64,000 nucleotides of DNA from Squalus acanthias (lineage: Eukaryota). Position 1 is the stretch's first letter; every line of letters begins with the position of its first letter. The translations under genes and the position numbers were made by a program. The stretch is taken from assembly GCA_030390025.1 (NCBI GenBank), contig JASTWF010000499.1, forward strand, positions 1 through 64,000. Direction: 5' to 3'. Positions 37,477-49,095 of the stretch are shown here, piece after piece. The notes under the pieces are model-generated. The model was given only the letters and a program-made list of their open reading frames with translations. It searched no databases and was not told the DNA's origin.

Positions 37477-37678
37477 CCAGACTTGGAGTTTGCTCACACC
37501 TGCGATCACTGCCACGGCAGGAGCGGCGGAGAAAATGAGGCTTAAATTAAAATAATGGGTAAAAGTAACATAGATTTATAAAAATATCTCACTGATGCAC
37601 TCTTAGGGGAGTCGGAATCAGGGTTTTCAGAGCGCTGTGGAATTTCATCTCTGTATTTTACAGTTAACAGTCCGCCGG

Positions 37679-37706
37679 AGTATTTGGCACGGCATGTCTC
37701 ACTGTG
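37679..37706 (-). promoter_or_regulatory. Recombination signal sequence, 12-bp spacer (AGTATTTGG-12-CACTGTG)
   Basis: Consensus heptamer; 6/9 nonamer at exactly 12 bp. Confidence 0.85.
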
Positions 37707-37753
37707 CAGTGGGTGGCCATGGGGACAAGGCACCATGGTGACGGTGACTGCAG
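37707..37753 (+). CDS. IGHJ: Germline-joined D-JH segment (SGWPWGQGTMVTVTA)
   Basis: WGQG motif; donor G|GTAAG; no 22/23-RSS and no (Y)FDY upstream of W. Confidence 0.92.
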
Positions 37754-37789
37754 GTAAGAAACATTCACACTTTCAGCAACTGTTGTATT

Positions 37790-39072
37790 TGTGCTTTTAT
37801 GTTATATTTCAGTTTATTTCAAAAATTCATTCATTCACTGAAACTTGGGTTCGGTGTATTCTGTATTGAGATTTTTTGCTCTGTTTCATTTGATTCTGCT
37901 GCAAAGGGTTAATAGGTTTAAACAGTTTCTTCAGAAAAAGTGTTGTTGAGGGATTGAGCCCCTGATTGATGTGATTTGGTGTTTATCTGTTGATGAGACT
38001 GTGTGCCTGGGTTACTTTAATTACCCAACGGTTGTTGAACTGTTTGGAGTTTCTACAATGTTTAATCTCGGTGACATCTAATGGTTGCTGGTTTTCTGAT
38101 CAAATGTAAACATTATGTGACTAAATGTGTTTGAAATAAGATTGCAGACAGAAAACAGAAAGCTTTAGCGGTCAAACATAATCTTAAGATATTTTAATGT
38201 ATTTTTATTTGTGATATTTACATTGCCAGCTTTTAATCTAATGTTCACCAACGGTCATATTCAATACGTGAAATGTTACTGTAATTTATAACTGCATAAT
38301 CAACACATTTATAACCTGAATCAGATTTAACTTAATATAAATAAAGTTATCATATGTAGTAATATCACCCAATATTACAACAATATCCGATATCAATAGT
38401 AATTTATTAAACCTGATCCGTCTACTCACAATTCCGCTGTTATTATTTTATATTTTTGTTTATTTCAATAATTAATTCGTTCAGTGATAGATGGGTTCGC
38501 TGGATTCTGTATTGAGATTTTTTTGCAATGTTACATTTGATTCTGCTGAAAGGGTTTATAGAATGAAGCTGCTTCTCCACAAAACGTTCTGTTGCGGGAT
38601 TCAGCCGCTCAGTGATGTGATTTGCTGTTTATCTGCTGAGGAGAGTGTGTGCCTGGGTTACTTTGAATAAGTAAAGTTTGAGACACTGTTTGGCGTTTCT
38701 GCAATGTTTAATCTCGGTGACATCGAACTGCTGCAGGTTTTCTGATCTGTTTAAAACGGTTTGAAAGATGATTGTCGGCAGACAAGTAGGTTTTATAAAT
38801 CAAATATCATTAAAAAATAATTTAATGCATGTTTTTATTTAAGTGAGAATTACAGATTCAACTATTAATCTATGGTTTACGGTGCTCACATTTAACAGGT
38901 GAAATGTTACTGAAATTACGAATTATATAATTAACAATTGGCAAGTTGAAGGAGAGTTAAATTAATATAACTCAAACGATTAGAATGAAGTAATATTGAC
39001 CAATATCACTAAATATGCTGTAGGATTAATATTAATGTATTAAACATTATTCGCCTTCCACAATTCTGCTGT
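37790..39072 (+). repeat. Diverged tandem duplication (~645-bp period) at the start of the J-C intron
   Basis: Colinear matches, e.g. ATTCTGTATTGAGATTTTTT, GTGTGCCTGGGTTACTTT, CAATGTTTAATCTCGGTGACATC, GTGAAATGTTACTG in both copies. Confidence 0.85.
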
Positions 39073-41224
39073 GCACTGGTCACAATTAACGTGAGCGGAG
39101 AATTTTAGAGGCTGGAGACAATTTCTGATTTATGTCTGAAATTATTTTAATAACAGCAGACTGATTCCACCGCAGTGTTCAGTTTAATGAGGGGTTTGAA
39201 ATTAATTGTTATCTCCCTGTTTCACACAGATAAATGACAGATTGTATTTAATTATGCATTAAATGCGAGTATAAATTGCAGTTTATAAATGTAATAAATC
39301 TGCCGGGTTATTAAATTCTTACTGAACAGCGGAAACCATGCTATTCCTTCAACATTATTTGTTGTTTGATAGCGAGACAATTATCACTAAACTAATCTTC
39401 AGCAGTTTGTAAGATCATAGGCTGAGCGGTCGCTAGCAGTCAAAGAATTGTTCATATGATTCTATTTAAATTCACGGAAGGTGAAGACTGCGTAAGGCTG
39501 GAGACAGACAAATAACCCATTGACATTCAAGCAGATTAATTTAATTACAAAAGGTTAATATTAGTTTTGAATGTAATAACAACATCCTGCCTCCCATAGC
39601 TGTGCTGTATACGGGATAGAATTATAGACAGGGAACAGATCACATCTGAGAGTTATGTTTAATTCTCATTAATGTTAAATTGATCAACAAAATCTCTCCT
39701 CCATTTGCTTATTAAATTTCAGTGTCGCAGATGGTCTGATTGATTTGTTCTCCGCCAGTTTTACATTGATCATTCTGGAACTGATTTTCAATAACTAGCA
39801 GAATATATTTAATACTTAATTTACGGGCATTGTGTGAATTACGGGAGTAAAGTATAAAAAGATTGTCTGTGTTATTAAATAGCGGAGTCTCTGTTACTGA
39901 CTGCAAACTGGCCATTTGTTTTTTAATTCACGAAAATAGTATTTATAGTTAAGATTGAGGACAATGTTTAAACTCGAGAGCCCTGCTTTAGTAAACACAC
40001 GGTGTTACAGTCCATCGGTAGTTAGTGAGCTGTGACCACGGCCAGACTTTGAACTATTTAAAATAGTCCACTCCTAAATCCATCATGTGAAATCCACTCT
40101 GAGAAAAGATGGAGTTTAAGTTATACCAGAGAGTTTAGAAACATGTAATGTTTACAAGTGTGTAGATAGAGAGCGGGAATGTATTAGAAGTTAGTGACCA
40201 TTTTAACTTATTCAAATGTGATTTGATTTAAATAAAAATAATATATTTGTCTGAATGTCTTTATCTATTAATATGATTTTTAATATTGATAAGTGTCATG
40301 TTAATTTAATTGAAACCCTATAAGTTCACAAGTTACCAGGCAGAAACAGGAGTAAAATTAATATCAACCAGTTTTAATATAGTGCAGCATGACATCAATA
40401 TTAACTTAGAATATAATATGAGTGCGAATTTATTAAACATAAATGACCTCCCACAATTGCGTTGTATACTGGACAGGATTACAGTTACTGTAAAATCTCA
40501 AGGGTTGGGCAGAATTTTAAATTATGTCTAAAATTAATTTAGAAACAATACATGTCTTACTCAGCTGTGCACAGCTGGAGAAGGTGTCGCCGCAGATTTT
40601 AATGAATTAACTTTGTGTTTTGCCTCGATGATTTTACCGCTTATATTTAATTATTAAATTATCTTAACCCAGTGGTTCCTAGTTCGTTAAATTCTTACTC
40701 TGTCACGGAGTCCCTGTTATATGCAGCAAATTACCCTGTAATGTGAATTATTTCAGTAAACTTGTTTTCAGGGAAGCTAAATCTTATTTGTTTGTAAGAT
40801 TGTAGACAGGGAGGGAGAAATGGTTGGAAGTCGAAGAACCTTTTCAAATTAAGATCAGTTTAATTTCAAAAAACGTTCAGACTTGAGGTGGTCGGAAATT
40901 GACAAGGGATCAATTAGAAATCAGCTTCATTGAAATTGACAGATTGAAGAGATCTATCTGCTGAGAGCACGATTGTTGCACCGTTTGTGTCTGTTCGGTT
41001 TCTGTGCGCCTGCTCACTGTGTGAGAATCAGGAGTCCGCCTGACTGGTTGTAAACCTGCTGGTTTGTTGTCTTGTGTTTCATGGAGTACAATTCGACTCA
41101 GTTATTTCAGAAGGTTGTATCTGTGAGAAATGCGATAGTTTGACTTTAAGTTTGAGGAGGCGTCTCAGTAACCCAGTTTGTGACATTCAGAAGCAGCATT
41201 TCAGAAACACGTCTGGCAGACTGT

Positions 41225-42525
41225 AGAATGAGCTTTAATCAGTTTCTATCTCGTGCCGTACCTGCCCTGGGAGTGTTTGATGGGACAGTGTAGAGGGAGC
41301 TTTAATCTGTATCAACCCGTGCTGTACCTGCCCTGGGAGTGTTTGATGCGACAGTGTAGAAGGAGCTTAATCAGTATCTAACCCGTGCTGTACCTGCCCT
41401 GGGAGTGTTTGATGGGACAGTGTAGAGGGAGCTTTACTCTGTATCTAACCCGTGCTGTACCTGCCCTGGGAGTGTTTGATGGGACAATGTAGAGGGAGCT
41501 TTACTCTTTATCTAACCCGTGCTGTACCTGCCCTGGGAGTGTTTGATGGGATAGTGTAGAGGGAACTTTACTCTGTATCTAACCCGTGCTGTACCTGCCC
41601 TGGGAGTGTTTGATGGGACAGTGTAGATGGAGCTTTACTCTGTATCTAACCCATGCATCACCTGCCCTGGGAGTGTTTGATGGACAGTGTCGCGGGAGCT
41701 TTACTGTGTATCTAACACGTGCTGTACCTGCCCCGGGAGTGTTTGATGGGACATTGTAGAGGGAGCTTTACTCTGTATCTAACCCGTGCTGTACCTGCTC
41801 TGAGCGTGTTTAATGCGACTGTGTAGAGGGAGCTTTACTCTGTATCTAACCCGTGCTGTAGCTGCCCTGGGATTGTTTGATCAGACAGTGTAGAAGGAGA
41901 TTTACTCTGTATCTAACCCGTACTGTACCTGCCCTGGGAGTGTTTGATGGGACAGTGTAGACGGAGCTTTACTCTGTATCTAACCCGTACTGTACCTGCC
42001 TTGGGAGTGTTTGACGGGACCGTGTAGACGGAGCTTTACTCTGTATCTGACCTGTACTGTACCTGCCCTGGGAGTGTTTGATGGGACAGTGTAGAGGGAG
42101 CTTTACTCTGTATCTAACCCGTACTGTACCTGCCCTGGGAGTGTTTGATGGGACAGTGTAGACGGAGCTTTACTCTGTATCTGACCTGTACTGTACCTGC
42201 CCTGGAAGTGTTTGATGGGACAGTGTAGAGGGGGCTTTACTCTGTATCTAACCCGTGCTGTTATGCCCCGTGAATCTTTGATGGTTCATTGTAGAGGGAG
42301 AATTTACTCTGTATCTAGCCCGTGTTGTACCTGCCCTGGGAATGTTTGATTGTGCACTGTAGATGGGGCTTTACTCTGTATTTAACCAGTGCGGTGCCTT
42401 ACCCGGAGTGTTTGACAGTGCTGTGCAGACTTGGCGTTGCTCGGAATCAATCCCTTCCTATACCTGAGGGTACAGCGTATGGCAGTGCAGTGCAGAGAGA
42501 GCTTTACTCTGTATCTGTACTGTAA
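41225..42525 (+). repeat. 67-bp satellite array inside the J-Cmu intron
   Basis: Same unit as 6150-21365. Confidence 0.95.
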
Positions 42526-43275
42526 CAGATCTGTGAGTGCTTTGTCCCGTGTTGTTCAAGGAACCTTAATGTGCATCCAACTAATAAAGTTTGAGTTCTC
42601 CAGCCAGATATATACAAAAAAATCTTTCCATTGCTCCAATGAAACAACCGCGCATTAATTGAGTTTAACCTCATTGCAAATAAAACGACCTATTTTTTAA
42701 TGAATTATTAAACTTTAAACATTTTGAGCATCAGATAATGATTGAATGAGATTGTCCTGATCCTGAGCTCACTTTCAGAACAAACAGTTTCAGGAAGTGA
42801 CTGTAACGCTCCAGAAAGCAGCGCCTGTTCTGATCTGATGGGAGGCTGGTAGTTATTTTGAGAATTTAAATGGAGAATGTCGAGACTCCCGCTCCAAATA
42901 ACCATCATGGGAACCTTATGTTTGAAAGCATTATTTTGTTCAATTGTTTTTTTTTAAAGGTAACAGGCAGGGACAAACCCGGGTGAGATGCAGCTATTGG
43001 ACTGGGTCACAGCACAAGGCTCACAGTCACTGAGCCGCACCTCTGTGAAACATTTAAAGAGAAACAGTCAGCCTGCGATGAGTCGTCATTCACAATAAAC
43101 TTTAAGACTCTGTGACGGGATCCGATTGAATCATTTGTGTCAAATTCCTCAGTTCCTTTATTTTAAAAATCCTCTTGTATTATAACAAACAATAAAATAG
43201 ATCTGATAGAGGTGTTCAACATTATGAAGCGTTTCCTTCCATTAAATCGGGAAGAACTAATTCCGCTGAGCCGTG

Positions 43276-43940
43276 TAGAATCACAGAATCTCAGAGCACA
43301 GAAGGGGCCATTCAACCCATCTTGCCTGTGCTGGCTCTGAAAGAGCTGTCCAATCACGTTCCAACTTTTTCCTCGTAACCCTCCACTGAGTCTCTTCAAG
43401 AACATATCCAGTTCCCTTGAGCATTCCAGAACTTAACAACCCTCTGTTTGAAAAAATGAGCCTCATTTCCCCTCTAGATATTGTGCCAATTATTTTAAAT
43501 CTGTGACCTTTGGTTACCGACATACTCGCCAGAAGAAACCGTTTCTCCCGACTTGCTCTGACAAAACCTCTCACAATTTTGATTACCACTGTGAGGTCTC
43601 CCGTAACTTTCACTGCTCTAAGGAACAATCACAGTTTTTCCAATCTCTCCGCATAACTGAAGTCTCTTATCCCGGGTATCATCCTAGTCAACCTCCTCTG
43701 TACTCTCTCCAAGGCCTTGTCACCCTTCCTAAATTGTGGTGTCAGAATTGAATACACTACTCCAACTGATGCCTAACCAGTGATTGGTAAAGGTTTAGCA
43801 GGACTTCCTTGTTTTTGTATTCAATGCCCCTTTTTACAATGGCAAGTATCCCACACACTTCCGTAGCCGAGTGATCAACTTGCCCGGCCACCTTCAATGA
43901 TTTGTGAATAAGCTCCCCAGGTCCCTCTGCTCTTGCACCC
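43276..43940 (-). mobile_element. CR1 LINE 3' fragment
   Basis: KRGIEYKNKEVLLNLYQSLVRHQLE; CACAGAAT tail. Confidence 0.85.
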
Positions 43941-44042
43941 CCGCAAAAACCAGAAGCCACAGTTGCCTATATCAGCAGTCAGCACATTAGTTATTGTTTG
44001 TCCTTCCTTGCATAGAACCCGCTGAAAACCAATCGATTTATT

Positions 44043-44806
44043 GGCCCAGAAATTTGACTCGGAGGCTTGCCGCGGGGGTAAGAATCGCGCGCGATGTCAC
44101 ATACCACGTCTGCGGTCCTTGTTTGCCCCCGCTGGAACTTCGGGACCTGGGCCTCTCCCTAGTGCCGGCGCGCAGTGCTTGCGTGTTCCAGGGGCGCAGT
44201 TAGTGCGATGCGACCCCTGGGATCACGCGGGCCATGGAGAGCCAATGACAGCAGACCATCTTTCATTCATAGATTTGACAGGAGACCTGTCAAATCTGTG
44301 AATTGAAAGAGGTCCCAAAAGAACAGCTAAACCTCAAATAAATTTAAAAAAAAACCATCACATTAATAAAATAACAATCGTTAAATAAATTAAACACTTA
44401 AAACAAAAATTTTAATTTTTAAAAAAATTTAAAAAAAGTTTAAAAGTTATAAAAATAAACTTACATTTCCTTAAAGTCTCTAAAAAAGATAAACCTGTTG
44501 AAAAAAATTAAAAATTATACTTAATTAACTACTTACCTTGTTCAAAAGGGGTCTTACGCATCCTTTTTGCTTGTGTGGAATCTTCCATACTTCCCCTCGC
44601 GTTGAAACCTGAAAAAAAACCTAAGTGTGCTGCGTTCGCGCAGCCTCTGGTGCGCACGCGGTTCACCGAGGAACCGTCCCCAACGCCATACCGGAAGTGC
44701 TGGTTTCCTGCGCATGCGCAGTGCATGCAGGAAACCGGCACTTCGGGAACGAATACGGGTGAGTACGCACTGAGTACTCACCCGTTCTCGGCCGAATTTT
44801 TGGGCC
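44043..44806. mobile_element. MITE-like element with GGCCCA(G/A)AAATT terminal inverted repeats and internal hairpins
   Basis: GGCCCAGAAATTTG ... CGAATTTTTGGGCC; A-rich centre; related copy at 12731-13970. Confidence 0.75.
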
Positions 44807-45786
44807 ATAATGTTTAAGGATTGCCAATATTAGATATTTAGAGAAGAAACCTGTCCCGATGTTTAGATTATGTTCGGCACAAACAGCAACAAGATGTGAC
44901 TGTAACGACCCAGAAAGCAGCGCCTGTTCTCACTGGTGGGAGGTTGGAAAGTAATTTGGAAAATGAAATGGAGCATTTAAAGAGCATCGTTGCATATAAC
45001 CGGCTTTGGGAATCGTATTTAATTCGGATTATTTATTGAGTGAGTGGGAGGAGGAAAGTCAGGAGACATCCATTCAGTAGAATGGGATAGAGCACAAGTC
45101 ACACTGCATCGCTCTCCCTCCAATTCTGAGAAGGAAAGAGGGAGACTCGACTCAATCCCGATTTATCTAAAGCTTGAATGTTAGAAACTAGGCTGTGCAA
45201 AAGTTCCCTATTCAAATCCATGCGCTAAATTATCCCGTTCACATTTTAAAGGAGACTTCAACCATTTATTGTAAACGTCCTTTATTGTCATGGGAACAAA
45301 GGTGATTTAGAGGAGGTCTGATAGAGGGGTTTTGGAATTATGAAAGGTTTTATGAAGGGATTTGGGAAACATATTTCCCCGGGTCGGTGAATTGATGAGT
45401 AAATGGCGATGATTGAAAATCAGCTGTAACAGAATGAAGGGAGAGGGTATTACTCTACTTTCCTACACAGGGGGCTGTTGAACATGGGATGTCCTATCAG
45501 AAAGAGGGCTGCATGCAGAATCCATAATAGCCCGATAAAATTGTTCAGTTGAGAAGATTGGGAATTGGAAGGTGCATGGGATTGGTGGAGAGATCTTTCA
45601 GAGGAGCGATGGGCCGATTAGCCTCTTTCTGTGCTGTAAAGTTGTATTATTTTATAATTCTGGTCATGCTTTATAAACATGCTGGGATTTGTTTTAAAGG
45701 TAATACAACTAGTAGATCTAGTTGTAGAAGTTGTGTGCTTAGGAGAACTAATCCCACCGCTATTCAAACAAGTCTATCCCCTGAAA

Positions 45787-45990
45787 ACAACAACTTGCAT
45801 TTATATAGCGCCTTTAATGTAGTAAAACGTCCCAAGACGATTCACAGGAGCGTCAGCAGATACAATCTGACACCGAGCCACATAAAGAGATATCAATGTT
45901 TTCTTTGGTATGGTTGGTGGTTACTCTGACAGTTGACCAAAAGCTTGGTCAAAGAGGTAGGTTTTAAGGCAGCATCTTACAATGGAGAGA
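45787..45990 (-). mobile_element. L2-type LINE 3' end
   Basis: AACAACAACTTGCATTTATATAGCGCC terminus; LKTYLFDQAF. Confidence 0.7.
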
Positions 45991-46436
45991 TGACGACACT
46001 TTGATATAATGGAATGGCCTGATTCTGTGCTAATAATAAGAGGCTGACAGCAAAAGAATGTAGAGAGGAGCTCAGTGGACAGAATGTGAAAGAATCTAAT
46101 GTGAAAGTGGTTGGGGAATGAGGGGAGTGTTCCAGAACAGGGGATCAAGAGCTGGCGGTAGTCCCGATACAATATTCCGAAATTCAATCGGTATAAAGGG
46201 GTCTCAGGGACAGAATGCCCCTTTCAGACTCTTGGCTTTTCTTATGTACAAGACTGGAGTCACATGAAGGCGATTCACGTCGGGTCTCACAACTCACAGA
46301 AACTCAAATGCTAATCTAGGTTTGTATCGGCAAATGGTGGAATTAGTTCATCCTGTAGTCACATTTCGAGTTGTTTGGTTATGTTATAAGCACGGATTAC
46401 AGAGTCTAACTTGTTCAATTGGCCATTCTTTCCCAG

Positions 46437-46736
46437 CGACACAGTCTCCTCCCACCCTCTACGCCCTGCTCTCCTCCTGTGAACAACCCAACACCGGCGG
46501 CCCCGTCACCTACGGCTGTTTAGCGATGGACTACTTCCCGGAAACCACCAGCCTTTCCTGGAGGAAAGATAAAGAGCCGATCACCACTGGATTGAAGACC
46601 TACCCGTCAGTGTTCAACAAGCAGGGAACCTACACCCTGAGCAGCCAGTTAACCATCACCGAGTCAGAGGTGGGGAGCAGCGCCATCTACTGCCAGGTTC
46701 GACAAAGTGGGTCGGACTGGAGCGTCCAAATGCCAG
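46437..46736 (+). CDS. IGHM: IgM Cmu1 exon
   Basis: TCCCAG| acceptor, G|GTTAGT donor; [29 protein letters not shown]. Confidence 0.95.
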
Positions 46737-46749
46737 GTTAGTGTTGTGG

Positions 46750-48005
46750 GATACAGGGGGAAACTGTGAAAAGCAGAGAAGTTATGTTCAACTTCAATAC
46801 AACTTTGTTTAGACCAGACTTAGAGTACTGTGCACAGGTCTGGTCTCGATATCACACTTGGAGTACTGTGTACAGGTCTGATCTCCATATCACACTAAGA
46901 GCACTGTGTACAGGTCTGGTCTCCATATCACACTTAGAGTACTGTGTACAGGTCTGGTCTCCATATCACACTTAGAGTACTGTGTACAGGTCTGGTCTCC
47001 ATATCACACTTAGAGCACTGTGTACAGGTCTGGTCTCCATATCACACTAAGAGTACTGTGCACAGGTCTGGTCTCCATATCACACTTAGAGTACTGTGTA
47101 CAGGTCTGGTCTCCACATCACACTAAGAGTACTGTGTACAGGTCTGGTCTCCATATCACACTTAGAGCACTGTGTACAAGTCTGGTTTCCTTATCACACA
47201 TAGAGTACTGTGCACAGGTCTGATCTCCATATCACACTTAGAGTACTGTGTACAGGTCTGATCTCCATATCACACTTAGAGAACTGTGTACAGGTCTGGT
47301 CTCCATATCACACTTAGCGCGCTGTGTACAGGTCTGGTCTCCATATCACACTTGGAGCACTGTGTACAGGTCTGGTCTCCATATCACACTTACAGTGCTG
47401 AGTACAGGTCTGGTCTCCATATCACACTTGGAGCACTGTGCACAGATCTCGTCTCCATATAACACTTAGTGTACTGCCTATAGTTTTGGTTTCTATAATA
47501 TAAGAATGATACAGAGGCACTGGAGAAATGGAAAAAAAGATTTACAAGGACGATACCAGAAAGAAAAATTGTAACTGTCAAGAATGATTGAACGGGCTTG
47601 GGATCTTTTCTGTAGAAAATAAAGTCTGAGGGTTGACCGAATTGAGGTCTTTAAAATTATGAGGGGGTTTGAAAGGTTAGACGCAGAGACAATATTTCTG
47701 CTTGAGGAGGAGCCCGATACTAGGGGCCATAAATATAAGATAATCACTAATAAATCTAATAGGGAATTCAGGAGAAACTTCTTTACCCAGAGAGTGGGTA
47801 GAATGTGGAACTCGCTACCACATGGAGTAGTTGAGGTGAACAGCATAGATGCGTTTCAGGGGAGTCTAGATAAGTACAGGAGGGAGAAAGGAATAGAAGG
47901 TTATGTTGATGGGGAGATGAAGTAGGGAGAGAGGAGGCTCATGTGGTGCATAAACACCGACCTGTTGGGCCCAGTGGCCTGTTTCGGTGTTGTAGATTCT
48001 ATGTA
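46750..48005 (+). mobile_element. CR1 3' fragment containing an amplified 38-bp minisatellite
   Basis: KSREVM..LFRPDLEYCAQVWS; RRNFFTQRVGRMWNSLP; tail GATTCTATGT. Confidence 0.85.
46818..47475 (+). repeat. 38-bp minisatellite (CACACTTAGAGTACTGTGTACAGGTCTGGTCTCCATAT)
   Basis: Period 46929 to 46967; unit encodes the CR1 HLEYCVQVWSPY motif. Confidence 0.95.
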
Positions 48006-48075
48006 AAAAACCACTTTACAGATCTTAATTGTTGGGATTCCAACAAATAATCCAATAAAATGTATTTTCTTGCAG

Positions 48076-48387
48076 GTCCTGTGGAACATCATCCAACTGT
48101 TATCCTCACCCTGAGTTCCAGTGAAGAAATCATCAGCAGCAGGTCTGCAACCGCCGTCTGTTCAATCATCGATTTCCATCCAAAGTCACTGACCGTGAAT
48201 TGGCTGAAGAATGGACAACTCATGGATTCGGGATTCGTCACCTCTCCCGTCTTTGAAGTGAACGGGAACTTCTCGGCGACCAGTCGGCTGACATTCCCCA
48301 CCGGGGAATGGTTCGCCGACTCGGTCTATACCTGCCAGGTCACTCATCAAGGGGTCACCCAAAGCCCAAACATCTCCAGATCTCAGG
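48076..48387 (+). CDS. IGHM: IgM Cmu2 exon
   Basis: TTGCAG| acceptor, G|GTAAG donor; [22 protein letters not shown]. Confidence 0.95.
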
Positions 48388-48689
48388 GTAAGAGACACAA
48401 TCCCGAGAAGTCCCAGATCATTCTGACCGCTGATCTCTGCCAGGACTTTTATTGGAATTAGTAAAAAGCACAGAACTATTTCTAATTTCCAATGACACAG
48501 TTTGTGTTTCCTTCCGATGTCAGTGCTGACTCAGGATTCCTCATGGTTCAGGATTCCAGCACTTCGCCAAAGGTTTCCCTCAGCTGTGCTGTCAGACAGT
48601 GAGTGCGGTGTCCTTAGTCTCAGGTTTACCCTGAGAAAGCTCTATTTCTAATTTACAATCATGCTTTTTGTGTTTTCTTCCGATATAAA

Positions 48690-49095
48690 ATAAAAGAAAG
48701 AACTGCCTTTACATAGCGCCTTTCCCGACCTCCGGACGTCCCAAATCGCTTTACCGACAAGGAAGTACTTCCTGAAATGTGGTCACTGTTGTAATGTAGA
48801 AATCGCGGCGGCCAATTTACAGACAGTAAAGGCCCACAAACAACAATGTGATAATGAACAGAGAATCTTATTATTTGGTGATGTTTGTTGAGGGATAAGT
48901 ATTGGCCAGGCCACCTGGGAGAACTGCTCTTCCTCGAAATAGTGCCATCGGATCTTTTACGTCCACCTGAGAGAGCAGACGTCGGTTTAACGTCTGATCC
49001 AGAAGACGACAGTGCAGCGCTCCCTCAGTGCTGCACTGGGAGTGTCAGCTCACATTTTGTGTTTAAGTATCTGGAGTGCGACTTGAACCAACGAT
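48690..49095 (-). mobile_element. Deu-domain SINE (SacSINE1-like)
   Basis: CAGTGCAGCGCTCCCTCAGTGCTGCACTGGGAGTGTCAGC core; L2-like tail; family assigned from recalled consensus. Confidence 0.65.

Noticed and set aside
37108-37545. 145-aa ORF as a complete protein
   Set aside because: It is the V exon read in from the intron and through the RSS; the real product needs splicing and recombination
42670-42682. Octamer-like TTGCAAAT in the J-C intron
   Set aside because: Only a 7/8 match in AT-rich DNA; expected by chance
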